From a virus (Duplodnaviria > Caudoviricetes), in IMG/VR virus record IMGVR_UViG_3300046050_000043, positions 1 through 40,824 of that record: 40,824 nt of DNA; one strand, 5' to 3'. The notes below the pieces were generated by a model. The model worked only from the letters and a program-made list of their open reading frames with translations, was not told the DNA's origin and did no database searches. This document shows positions 7,485 through 16,456 of this stretch, in pieces. Position numbers and translations under genes: made by a program. Positions within the stretch are counted from its first letter, which is position 1. The number at the start of each line of letters is the position of its first letter.

Positions 7485-7825
7485 GTGACGACGCCAACCC
7501 GCGCGAGGCGATGCCCCGCCACCAACCCGCCCCCGACGAAAGCGACCACGAGACCGCCGGGGAGGACACGAGAACAAGGCACGTGTGCCCGTTCGACCCG
7601 CCCGACGACCGGTACAGCAGCTACGCGAAGGCGAAAGTCGTGCAGCACGCGACGACATGGTGCGAGCACGCACCCATCGAGGTGACGCGCGCCGACGTCG
7701 AGGCGATCCTCGACCCCGACGACGAGACCACGGCCGAGCAACTCCTCGCCGAGTACGACTCTAACCACGACTCCAAGCCCGAGCCGGAGCCCGTCGACGA
7801 GCAACTCCAGGAGGCAGAATCATGA
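7481..7825 (+). CDS. Hypothetical acidic protein
   Basis: GTGA overlap with the cysH stop. Confidence 0.65.
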   Translation: MSDDANPREAMPRHQPAPDESDHETAGEDTRTRHVCPFDPPDDRYSSYAKAKVVQHATTWCEHAPIEVTRADVEAILDPDDETTAEQLLAEYDSNHDSKPEPEPVDEQLQEAES

Positions 7826-8010
7826 CCGACGACACCTCTGCGCCCGGGATCGAGGGCTGCATCGAACACGCCAGCGTCCCGTCAAGCACCAGGATCGAGC
7901 TCGCGATTCAGGGCGGCCAGGACGACGACCTTGAGGACGTGCCCCAAGCCTGGGACGAACGCGCGTCCAAGCTGCTCGACGCCACGACGCAGGAGGACGA
8001 GGAGTCGTGA
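7822..8010 (+). CDS. Hypothetical acidic protein
   Basis: ATGA overlap, GGAGG RBS. Confidence 0.65.
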   Translation: MTDDTSAPGIEGCIEHASVPSSTRIELAIQGGQDDDLEDVPQAWDERASKLLDATTQEDEES

Positions 8011-8294
8011 CTCCGTCCCTACCCGGCGATGTCGAGGACGCGCTCGGCGAAAACCCCCCCACGAACGCCGACCTCGTCGACGAAGCCCGCAAGCGATTGA
8101 ACAGCCTGAAAATCGTCACGCAAACCACGAAGAAAACCCTCACCACGATCGCCCTGCTCCGGTTCCTCGGCCTCGACCCGCGCGACCACATCGACGAGGA
8201 CCTCCACCCCGACATCGAGCACCTGATCGACAACCCGCGCGCCATGCTCACCCCAGGCCAAGACGAGGACGGGGGCGGGGAGAGTGGTGCCTGA
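8007..8294 (+). CDS. Hypothetical protein
   Basis: GTGA overlap, acidic. Confidence 0.65.
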   Translation: MTPSLPGDVEDALGENPPTNADLVDEARKRLNSLKIVTQTTKKTLTTIALLRFLGLDPRDHIDEDLHPDIEHLIDNPRAMLTPGQDEDGGGESGA

Positions 8295-8509
8295 TGCCGC
8301 GCGCCGGCAACGTCATCCTCAACGAGCAACACACCATCCACCACGACGACCAACCCGACACGACCCAGCACATCCTCCTCCACACCCCCCACATCACGAT
8401 TCGACGCCAACGAGTCCACGGCCACCAACACACGCTGCACGCCCGCCTCACCGTCGGCCCCTTCACATTCACCCTCACCATGCACCACCGGACGCCCCCC
8501 CAGCGATGA
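8294..8509 (+). CDS. His-rich small protein
   Basis: TGATG coupling; 12 His in 71 aa. Confidence 0.5.
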   Translation: MPRAGNVILNEQHTIHHDDQPDTTQHILLHTPHITIRRQRVHGHQHTLHARLTVGPFTFTLTMHHRTPPQR

Positions 8510-8685
8510 GTAACACTTGCCCCGGGACCGCGCACTGCGACTGCGGCCGCATCTATCCCTGCCCCCTGCCCCAAGGCCACGACACCCAGCACCCCACCCG
8601 GCTCGACGAATGCCACCACTGCCGTCAGCACGCCGACCAGCGCGGCCCCGGCCGCCCCCCAACAGTCTCCACCGCCACCACGTGA
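8506..8685 (+). CDS. Small Cys/His-rich protein
   Basis: ATGA overlap; HCDCG...C...CHHC. Confidence 0.5.
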   Translation: MSNTCPGTAHCDCGRIYPCPLPQGHDTQHPTRLDECHHCRQHADQRGPGRPPTVSTATT

Positions 8686-8691
8686 CCCCTC

Positions 8692-8943
8692 ATGCCCCGC
8701 GACCCACCCACCCCGCTCGTTGTCCACACCGCGCACGCTTGCTGGGCGTTCCACCACATCCTCACCGCGCAACGCCACGCCGGCAGTCACCACAGCGGGC
8801 TCGCCGTCAACGCCGGCTACCTAGCCCCACCCATCCCCACCCCGACCGTCGACGAGGAGGACCCCGTCATCAAGCCAGGCAGCGGAACCATCGAGAAGAG
8901 CTACGATGAGCCTCGTGACGACGAGGAGCGCCGTCGACCATGA
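8692..8943 (+). CDS. Hypothetical protein
   Basis: Stop overlaps the next gene's ATG. Confidence 0.45.
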   Translation: MPRDPPTPLVVHTAHACWAFHHILTAQRHAGSHHSGLAVNAGYLAPPIPTPTVDEEDPVIKPGSGTIEKSYDEPRDDEERRRP

Positions 8944-9548
8944 CCACCGACTGGCCCCAGCTCCCCGACTCCCGCCCCGTCGCCTCGACCATGCACGGCG
9001 AGCCCTGCGGAACCTGCCTAGACCGTGGGGACTACTGTCACCACCACGGACCCGAGGACGCACCCGGGGACCAGTTTCGAGACGTTTCACAGGCCAGTGT
9101 CGGAAGCTACAAGACAATCCTCCCCGACGCGGACAAGCCCCTCGAGGCGTACACGGCCACCGAGCGACGGGCCTACCTCCTGGATCGCATCGTGGAGGCC
9201 GGACACCCGGACCTGGTGAGCCGGCAAGCGATGGGGGAACGGTTCGGCGTCTCCCCGCAGCAGGTCAGCAAGGATATTCGCAACCTGGCGCTGGATCTCC
9301 GGGACGGGGCGACCGAGGACTTCGAGCTGTTGTTCGAGACCGTGATCCGGAAGGGCGTCAAGGAGAAAATGCGGGACGGGGACTTGGAGGACGCGTTGAC
9401 GTTCTTGCGCGAATGGAAGTCTTGGCTGTTCCGGTCGGGACGGCGTGAGGAGGCCGCGGACAAGCACGAGCTCACCGACGGCGAGGGCGGTCCAGCGCTT
9501 ATGATGCTGGACCGCATCCGGGACATCGACGAGGACAACGATGGTTGA
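8940..9548 (+). CDS. terS: Probable terminase small subunit (Cys/His knuckle plus HTH)
   Basis: GEPC...CHHHG, HTH SRQAMGERFGVSPQQVSKDI, terS-like tail DKHELTDGEGGP; upstream of terL. Confidence 0.65.
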   Translation: MTTDWPQLPDSRPVASTMHGEPCGTCLDRGDYCHHHGPEDAPGDQFRDVSQASVGSYKTILPDADKPLEAYTATERRAYLLDRIVEAGHPDLVSRQAMGERFGVSPQQVSKDIRNLALDLRDGATEDFELLFETVIRKGVKEKMRDGDLEDALTFLREWKSWLFRSGRREEAADKHELTDGEGGPALMMLDRIRDIDEDNDG

Positions 9549-10038
9549 CCAGAGCGCCAGCAACGAAGCCCTGCACACCGCGATGACGGCCGCCGCCCTC
9601 ACCAACACCTTCACCCCCGCCACGGCGGTCGATCTCGCCGACCAAGTCCACCACGACTGCCCCTACCCCGAGCACACGCTCGAGGTCGCCCAACACACGA
9701 TCCGCATCCTGGACGCCTGGGCCGACGACGAAATCTGGGATGACGACGCGGAGGCCGAGACCGCGCTCCTCGGCGACGCACACCGCGAACTCAACACCGC
9801 GCACGAGGAGGGCGAGTTGGCGACGGTGGGCGATGTCGCCGACTGGCTGGGCTGGTGGGCCCGCGCCTACGAGGCCTACGTGGCCAGCGGGGGCGACCCA
9901 GCGGTGCATGACGCGATCCAGCTTGGCGAGCTCGAGGACGTGCAGGCCGCGGCCGGGCGGGCCCGGGCCGAGGAGAACGTGACCGACGACGTGGCGACGG
10001 ACGTGACCTGGCTCACCGACGACCTATCGGAGACCTAA
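9541..10038 (+). CDS. Hypothetical acidic protein
   Basis: Overlaps previous stop; acidic composition. Confidence 0.7.
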   Translation: MVDQSASNEALHTAMTAAALTNTFTPATAVDLADQVHHDCPYPEHTLEVAQHTIRILDAWADDEIWDDDAEAETALLGDAHRELNTAHEEGELATVGDVADWLGWWARAYEAYVASGGDPAVHDAIQLGELEDVQAAAGRARAEENVTDDVATDVTWLTDDLSET

Positions 10039-10040
10039 CG

Positions 10041-10274
10041 ATGCGAACACGACCACCAACCCCCGACCAGTCGATGACGCAAGCAAGACACATGGACGAG
10101 GTTGTGCGGGCCCTCCGCAGTATCGACCGTGCGAAGCGGGAGATGCGACGGACGACCCGTCGCTTCGCTGACCTCCGAGTGAGCATGCAGAAGGCGGGTC
10201 GGTCAATGCGCACGGCCTTCGCATCTTTCGAGCAGCTCGCCTTCGCTGACCTCGGTGGGGAGGGTGAGGCCTGA
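10041..10274 (+). CDS. Small basic helical protein
   Basis: Fills the gap; TGATG coupling downstream. Confidence 0.5.
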   Translation: MRTRPPTPDQSMTQARHMDEVVRALRSIDRAKREMRRTTRRFADLRVSMQKAGRSMRTAFASFEQLAFADLGGEGEA

Positions 10275-10459
10275 TGGCGCCGCTGTTCTTCTGGGTGGCC
10301 GCCAGCATCGGCCTGCTCGGCTTCCTCCTCCTCGCCGGGATCGCCCTGCTGGTCTGGGCGATCCCTGACGAGATGTTCCGCAGTGACGGCGCCGGCGTGA
10401 ACGACGAGCCGACCGGACCCAGGCCCGACCAAGCAGGACAACCGCAACGAGCGGACTGA
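10274..10459 (+). CDS. Small single-pass membrane protein
   Basis: Hydrophobic stretch LFFWVAASIGLLGFLLLAGIALLVWAI; GGTGA RBS. Confidence 0.65.
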   Translation: MAPLFFWVAASIGLLGFLLLAGIALLVWAIPDEMFRSDGAGVNDEPTGPRPDQAGQPQRAD

Positions 10460-10473
10460 GAGGACACCACGCG

Positions 10474-11964
10474 ATGCGTGCGGCCAAGGATGGGATGCAC
10501 GAACACGCCGACGCCTTCCCCCACCTCCACGCATCCCTCCCCAGCCAGCAACGCCGCGAACAACTCGCCCACGAGTTCCTCGCCGCCGCCGACAACCTCA
10601 AAACCTGGTACGACAACCACGAGACCCGGAAACTCTGCCAGGCGCTGTTCGACGAGACGCCCGCGCCCGGCCAGGTCGACATTATCGAGCCCATCGCGTA
10701 CGGCACGCACGACCGCGTCGCCATCAGCGCGATGACCCGCTACGGGAAAACCTGGAGCCTCGCGCTCGCGCTCGGGCTCCGCTTCATCTTCGACGCCAGC
10801 GACCTGCTGGTGCCGGTGGTCGCGGCCAAGCTCGGGCAGGCGAAAAAGATGCGTCGCTACTTCGCGGACATCGTCAACACCTGCCCCCTGCTGGCCGCGA
10901 ACCTCCTGATGAGTCCCAGCGGCGTCGAGCGCCTGAAAAAGGAGGTGTCGAAGAAGCGGCTCACGTTCCGCGACGGGAAGGAGTTGGTCGTGCACACCGC
11001 GCACGGGAAGGCGGCCGCCATCATGGGCGAGGGGGGCGACATCGTCGTGATCGACGAGTCGGCGCTCATCGACACCGAGACCTACCAGGACCGGGTGCGA
11101 CGCATGGCCGGCGACGATCCCGAGAACGCGCAAATCGTGGAACTGTCGAACCCGTGGAGCCGGCAGACCGAGTTCCACGACTCCTGGACGAGCCCCCGCT
11201 ACCACACGGTGCAGATCGGCTGGCAGCAAGCCCTCCAGGAGGGCCGCACGACGCGGGACTGGATCACCGAGCAGCGCGAACGCCTGGACCCGATCAGTTT
11301 CCAGGTCCAGTACGCCAGCGAGTTCCCGGACGACGTGGAGGACGCCTTGTACAAGTGGGCGTGGATCCAGCACGCGGTCCGGCGCACGACGCGGGACAAG
11401 AACCTCAGCGCGGCCACCCCGCAGTGGGGGCTGGACGTGGCCGAGGGCGGCGCCGACCTGAACGTGCTCACCCGGGCCACGCTTGGGCCCGGGTGGACGG
11501 TGATCCATGACCAGTGGAGCTGGAGCGAGGAAAACACCATGACCACCGTTCGCGAAACCGAGAACCACGTCCCCCGAGAGGACCCGATCGGAGTGGACGC
11601 GATCGGGATCGGGAAACCCGTCAGCGACCGCCTCGACGAGAAAGGCTACAACGTGCAACGCTTCAAAGCCTCCCGCTCAAAGAGCGTGGGGGACGGGTTC
11701 CAGAACCTGAAAGCCGAGGCGCACTGGCATGTGCGCGACCTGCTCGAGAAAGGCGCCACGACCGGGGAAGCCTGGATCAGCCTGCCCGAGAACAGTGACC
11801 TGCTCGGCAACCTGCAACGCGCCCGGTACGACGTTCGGAACGGGACGACGCGCGTCCACTACGAGAACGAGGACAACGACAGCCCCGACTACGCGGACAG
11901 CCTGGTGATTGCTGCCTGCCGCGACTATCACACGAGCACGGGCAGCGTGGGCGCCTATGTCTAA
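10474..11964 (+). CDS. terL: Terminase large subunit
   Basis: Walker A-like TRYGKT, Walker B IVVIDES, LSNP, nuclease motifs WGLDVAEGGAD, VDAIGIG and SPDYADS. Confidence 0.95.
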   Translation: MRAAKDGMHEHADAFPHLHASLPSQQRREQLAHEFLAAADNLKTWYDNHETRKLCQALFDETPAPGQVDIIEPIAYGTHDRVAISAMTRYGKTWSLALALGLRFIFDASDLLVPVVAAKLGQAKKMRRYFADIVNTCPLLAANLLMSPSGVERLKKEVSKKRLTFRDGKELVVHTAHGKAAAIMGEGGDIVVIDESALIDTETYQDRVRRMAGDDPENAQIVELSNPWSRQTEFHDSWTSPRYHTVQIGWQQALQEGRTTRDWITEQRERLDPISFQVQYASEFPDDVEDALYKWAWIQHAVRRTTRDKNLSAATPQWGLDVAEGGADLNVLTRATLGPGWTVIHDQWSWSEENTMTTVRETENHVPREDPIGVDAIGIGKPVSDRLDEKGYNVQRFKASRSKSVGDGFQNLKAEAHWHVRDLLEKGATTGEAWISLPENSDLLGNLQRARYDVRNGTTRVHYENEDNDSPDYADSLVIAACRDYHTSTGSVGAYV

Positions 11965-12673
11965 CCCGCCCGACGAGCCGGTTCGACCGGTGAAGCCGGT
12001 CGGGTGCCGGCGCAGCTGCACCAACTACGCGACGCGCACCCTGCTCGACAACTGGCCTCAGGCGATGGTGTGGGGTCGCGACGAGGGTCCCTACAAGCAC
12101 GCGGCCCCGCAACGCATCCCCGCCCGGTTCCTGGTGTGCGTGAAAAACCCGGCCAAGTGGTTGGTGAGTTACGCGGACTACGAGGCCCGGTTCCTCCAAA
12201 TGCCGAGTGACCAGGTGTTGTCCCAGTTGTACCACCGGGAGCGCGTCGAGACCCTGATCGAGGCCTATGTGACCAAGCACCACGCCTGGCTCCACGACGA
12301 CCTCGCCCCTCACACGGGCGCGGTCCTCCGCCACGAAGACGCCTGCCAACGCGAACACGAGGCTTGGCGGGACGTCGCGGATGCCCTCGACCTTGCGTGG
12401 CCGCCGCCCGCGCACGGCGCGTACCGCCCGGTGCGGGAACGCGTGGCGCCGTCGAACACGGGGCGCAAGCAACCGGTCGCCTACCAAGCTCCCGACTACG
12501 AGACCCACACCTACCTCGCCCGGTTGTCCAGCACGCAACGGGATGCGATCCTGGCCGCGTTGGAACGGGCTGGCGCGACGGGGCACGGCGGCGTGCTCGA
12601 CCAGTTAGGGTACCCGCCCCGCCTCGACGCCCTCCTCGACAAGGCCGTCGACGCGACTGGAGTAGGACCGTAA
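11957..12673 (+). CDS. PAPS-dependent sulfotransferase-family protein
   Basis: 5'-PSB-like GCRRSCTNY, KH, 3'-PB-like VCVKNPAKWLVS, LRHED (cf. RYED) and C-terminal LGY; ATG 11957 overlaps the terL end. Confidence 0.72.
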   Translation: MSNPPDEPVRPVKPVGCRRSCTNYATRTLLDNWPQAMVWGRDEGPYKHAAPQRIPARFLVCVKNPAKWLVSYADYEARFLQMPSDQVLSQLYHRERVETLIEAYVTKHHAWLHDDLAPHTGAVLRHEDACQREHEAWRDVADALDLAWPPPAHGAYRPVRERVAPSNTGRKQPVAYQAPDYETHTYLARLSSTQRDAILAALERAGATGHGGVLDQLGYPPRLDALLDKAVDATGVGP

Positions 12674-12707
12674 CGATTGTCATTATTCGCCGCCCAGCTC
12701 GGACTGC
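12674..12707 (+). promoter_or_regulatory. Putative archaeal promoter for a leaderless portal/head transcript
   Basis: AT-rich CATTATT at 12681-12687, about 24 nt before ATG 12708; no RBS. Confidence 0.45.
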
Positions 12708-14996
12708 ATGGGTTCCGAGCCTGAGGCTCCCCGCTCGCCGAACGGGCAGGCCCACGGCTCGGGTCCCGTCAAGCAGCGCACGTACAGCGCCGTGATTCGC
12801 GCCCAAGACACGGCCCAGTTCGCCCAAGCCCTCGCCACGGACGGCGCCCAAGCCGCCGTCGACCAGTTCAGCCACGACGCCCACCCCCAAGCGAAGCGGG
12901 GCGGGAACCTCAGCGACCACCCCGCCCGCGACCCACGACGCTTCGGGCGCAGCGGCGCCTACCCACGCAGCGGGGACGCCAGTGAGCCCCTCGTCGAGCG
13001 CCTGTACGACGAGGTGGGCGTGTACGGGGCCGTCGTCGACAGCTGGATCAACGATACCTGGGACGACGGGTGGACGCTCGACACCGACAACGACGCCTGG
13101 GTCGAGCAGGTGCGCGAGATCGAGGACCGGCACGGGTTCAAGCAACTCGTGCGGCGCGCCGACCGCCGCCAGTTCACCTACGAGGGCGGCTACAGCCTGT
13201 TGCACGCCCGACTCAAGGACGCGACCGGTGACGCCGCCCAACCCCCCACCGGGGACGTCGAGGTTCTGGAACTGCAGGTCATCAACGCGGCCATGGTCGA
13301 GGACTACCAGGTGGAGACCGAGGACACCGAAACCTTGGGCGACATCACGATGTGGGAGGTCGACTTCGGGCTCCCCGACCAGCCCGCGACCCGGGTCCAC
13401 CCGGACCGCGTGCTGCACTTGCGCCAGCAGCCCGATGACGACGACCCCGCGACCGGGACGCCGTGGGCCAAGCGCGTGATGGATGACACGCTCGGGTACG
13501 AGAACACGAAGTGGGCCGTGTTCGAGGCCTACTTCCAACGCGCCAGCCCGTTCCTCGTCGCCGAAGTCCACGAGGACCTCGACCTGGACGACGAGGACAT
13601 CGACAAGGACGAGGTGCTCGACGCCGTCGACGAGATCGCGAACGCGAACACGCAGCGCATCCTCGCCGAGGGCTTCAAGCTGAAACCGTTGAACCAGGCC
13701 AGCGAGCTGCCGGACGGGTCGATCCCGTTCGAGGTCGCCCAGCGCTCGATCAGCGTGTCGGCCCGCATCCCGATGCATGAACTGTTCGGGAGCGCGGCCG
13801 GCGAACTCGCCAGCGCACAAGAAGACACGAGTCGGTACCACAAGCGCGTCGGGAAGCGCCGGTCCGAGTACGCGGAGGCGATCCTCGAGGCGTGGTACGA
13901 GCGGTTGGCCGCGTGGGGCCTGACGCCGCCGGTCCCGGATGACTTGACGATCCGGTGGCCGAGCCTGGACGAGCCGGGCACGGAGGAGGTGTTCGCGGCG
14001 GAGAAGAAGCGCGCCGAGAGCCTGGCGCTGTGGCAGGAGAAGGTTGGCCAGGCCCCGCCTGCGCGACTCGTGGACTACGAGGCCGGCACCTACCCCTCAC
14101 CGGACGAGGAGTCGGCGGGGGAGGCCACCGACCACGCCCACGACGACGGGCACGGGCCGGCTGCGGGTCGAGCAGGGAGGTTGGGGGTGACGTTCGTGCC
14201 GGACCGGCACGACGTCCTGCACGCTCACCCCGTGTTCGACTACGACCAACCCCACTCCCACCGCGACGAGGATGGGGAGGACTTGATTCCGGCCCTGAAG
14301 CCGGTGAAGAACCGGTATCAGAACCGGGTCGAGGACGTGTTCCTCAACTGGCAGGACGAGGTCCTGCAGATGTTCCGCGAGCAGGGCGACCTCCCCCCAG
14401 CCCGGGCCGGTCAGGACGCGGCGAGTGCCGACGACGAGGCCGTGCAGGCCCTGCAGGCCTGGGAACCCGACACCAGCCGGCTTGGCGACCTGTTGTACAA
14501 CCTGTTGCAGGAAAGCGGCGAGACCGGCGGCCTGCAATCGTTCCAACAGCTTGGCCTCGAGGACACCTTCCAGTTCGTCGAAGGCAGCACCGAGCTGGAG
14601 GCGTTCGAGAGCATCGCGGACGCCACCGCCGACAGCCAGGCCGAACAGCTCACCACGCAGATCCGGCGCGAGGTCGCCGAGAGCCTCGCCGAAGAGGAGC
14701 AACTCAGCCAGACCCGGGACCGCGTGCTCGACGTGTTCGACACCAAGTTCAGCCAAGACAAGGCCGACCTCATCGCGCGCACCGAAAGCATGCGCGGGTA
14801 CAACATGGGCGCCAAGAACGCCCTGCGGCAAGCCGGCCAAGACCAGGCGCGGTTCAACGCGTTCAACGGCGCCTGCCCGATCTGCGGGCCCCTAGACGAG
14901 ACGACGGTGAAGCTGGGCGGCGACAACATTCCGCCGTTGCACCCCCGCTGCCGGTGCACGATCACGATCCTCACCGACGAGGTGACCCCGTCATGA
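12708..14996 (+). CDS. Portal protein fused to a C-terminal MuF (SPP1 gp7-like) domain
   Basis: Portal-like VHPDRVLH, ARIPMHELFG...GEL and IRWPSL; MuF motifs IARTE...N and CPIC...PPLHPRCRC. Confidence 0.88.
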   Translation: MGSEPEAPRSPNGQAHGSGPVKQRTYSAVIRAQDTAQFAQALATDGAQAAVDQFSHDAHPQAKRGGNLSDHPARDPRRFGRSGAYPRSGDASEPLVERLYDEVGVYGAVVDSWINDTWDDGWTLDTDNDAWVEQVREIEDRHGFKQLVRRADRRQFTYEGGYSLLHARLKDATGDAAQPPTGDVEVLELQVINAAMVEDYQVETEDTETLGDITMWEVDFGLPDQPATRVHPDRVLHLRQQPDDDDPATGTPWAKRVMDDTLGYENTKWAVFEAYFQRASPFLVAEVHEDLDLDDEDIDKDEVLDAVDEIANANTQRILAEGFKLKPLNQASELPDGSIPFEVAQRSISVSARIPMHELFGSAAGELASAQEDTSRYHKRVGKRRSEYAEAILEAWYERLAAWGLTPPVPDDLTIRWPSLDEPGTEEVFAAEKKRAESLALWQEKVGQAPPARLVDYEAGTYPSPDEESAGEATDHAHDDGHGPAAGRAGRLGVTFVPDRHDVLHAHPVFDYDQPHSHRDEDGEDLIPALKPVKNRYQNRVEDVFLNWQDEVLQMFREQGDLPPARAGQDAASADDEAVQALQAWEPDTSRLGDLLYNLLQESGETGGLQSFQQLGLEDTFQFVEGSTELEAFESIADATADSQAEQLTTQIRREVAESLAEEEQLSQTRDRVLDVFDTKFSQDKADLIARTESMRGYNMGAKNALRQAGQDQARFNAFNGACPICGPLDETTVKLGGDNIPPLHPRCRCTITILTDEVTPS

Positions 14997-16453
14997 CCCG
15001 CCACGACGAGTCCCTGCCGATCACCGAGCAGGAGAACCGGCTGGTCGTCACCCTCCTCACGAGTGACGAGCTCGACACGGTGGACGAGACGCTCGTCCCG
15101 ATCAGTGCCGAGAAGGGCATCCAGGCCCGCATGGGCACGGACCCGGACGGGACCAAGCGTCTGGCCGAGTTGCACTTCCTCACCGGGCAGGACTGGACGC
15201 GCGAGGCGGTCGCGTCCTTCCTCGCGGACAACGGCCTCGACGCAGCCACGCAGGACGCCGACCTGTGGTTTGAGCGCTCCAGCATCGACGCCGACGAGGC
15301 GCGGGTCGAGGAAACCGAGGACTGGTGGATCATCCGCGACAACGTCGTCACGCAAAACGGTGTCTACGACGGACTGCACCGGCCGCCCGACGTGATGGAG
15401 GACAACTGGCGCCTGTACGACGGGACGCCCGTCACGCACGGCCACCCCACCAGTATCGTGCAAAGCCTCGACGAGGTTGCCGGCAAGACCGTGAACACGC
15501 GCCTGGACCGCGTCACGGGCGACGACACGCACCCCTCGATCGTGGAGGTGCGCGTCATCGCGGACTACAAGCTCGCCAAGCACACCGACGTGGACGGGCT
15601 CCGCACGACCGACGCCTTGGTTGAGCAGAACCGCGACACCGTGCAACGCCTCCGCGACGGCGACGGCGTCGACAACAGTCAAGGCTACGTGTTGCAAGCC
15701 CGACGCGACGCGGGCAGCCTTGAGGGCGAGGCCTACGAGCAGGTGGCCGAGGAGTGGATCCCCAACCACATCGCCCTCCTGCTCGACCGGGAGGGCGCCT
15801 GCACGTGGGAGGACGGCTGCGGCGTCGCCCGCCTCGCGCTGGACTGCGCGCTCGGCACCCGATTCCAGGACGGCACCTGTTTCCCTTCACCCCCGGACCC
15901 GCCCACCGACGGCGGCGGGCCTGGACACCCCCGGTCAGCGACACCTACGACCCCAGGAGACCCCCTCATGAGTTGCGACGGAGACTGCGAGGCAGCCACG
16001 CGGCTCGACCACCTCGAGGATGAGGTGCAACGAGCCCGGGCTGCGCTCGATCGACAAGGTGAACGGTTGGACATCGAGCTCGACGCCGAGCTCGACTTGG
16101 GCGCGGCCGCGGACAAGGTGGCCACGCACACGGAACCCGCTCTCGACCGTCTCGCGGACTACCGCGAGGCCGAGCAGGAGCGCAAGGAAGAACTGGCGGA
16201 AGCGTGCGCGGACCACCGGCTCGAACTGGATGACGAGGCCGACAGGGACGAGCTTGTCACGTTCTACCTGGACAAGTTCGGCAGCGTGGACGCGCTCGAG
16301 GAGCATGCCAGCGCGATCGGCGCCCTCGCCACGCTTGACGAGGCGGACACGAGCGCGGATCCCAGCAGCCTCCGCGCCGCCAGCCAGCACGACCACGACG
16401 ACGAGGCGTCCTCGGGGCCGGGCGTGCCGGACAAGGCCATGTGGGAGGCCTAA
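14993..16453 (+). CDS. Prohead protease (DUF2213-like) with C-terminal scaffold-like region
   Basis: GVY, PVTHGHP, SQGY, PNHIALL...GAC...GCG; ATG 14993 overlaps the portal stop; acidic helical C-terminus. Confidence 0.8.
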   Translation: MTRHDESLPITEQENRLVVTLLTSDELDTVDETLVPISAEKGIQARMGTDPDGTKRLAELHFLTGQDWTREAVASFLADNGLDAATQDADLWFERSSIDADEARVEETEDWWIIRDNVVTQNGVYDGLHRPPDVMEDNWRLYDGTPVTHGHPTSIVQSLDEVAGKTVNTRLDRVTGDDTHPSIVEVRVIADYKLAKHTDVDGLRTTDALVEQNRDTVQRLRDGDGVDNSQGYVLQARRDAGSLEGEAYEQVAEEWIPNHIALLLDREGACTWEDGCGVARLALDCALGTRFQDGTCFPSPPDPPTDGGGPGHPRSATPTTPGDPLMSCDGDCEAATRLDHLEDEVQRARAALDRQGERLDIELDAELDLGAAADKVATHTEPALDRLADYREAEQERKEELAEACADHRLELDDEADRDELVTFYLDKFGSVDALEEHASAIGALATLDEADTSADPSSLRAASQHDHDDEASSGPGVPDKAMWEA

Positions 16454-16456
16454 CCC

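Noticed and set aside
13955-14992. N-terminal 346 aa of the 832-aa ORF 13955..16453
   Set aside because: Out-of-frame overlap with portal-MuF and Arg/Gly/Pro-rich; the likely start is ATG 14993
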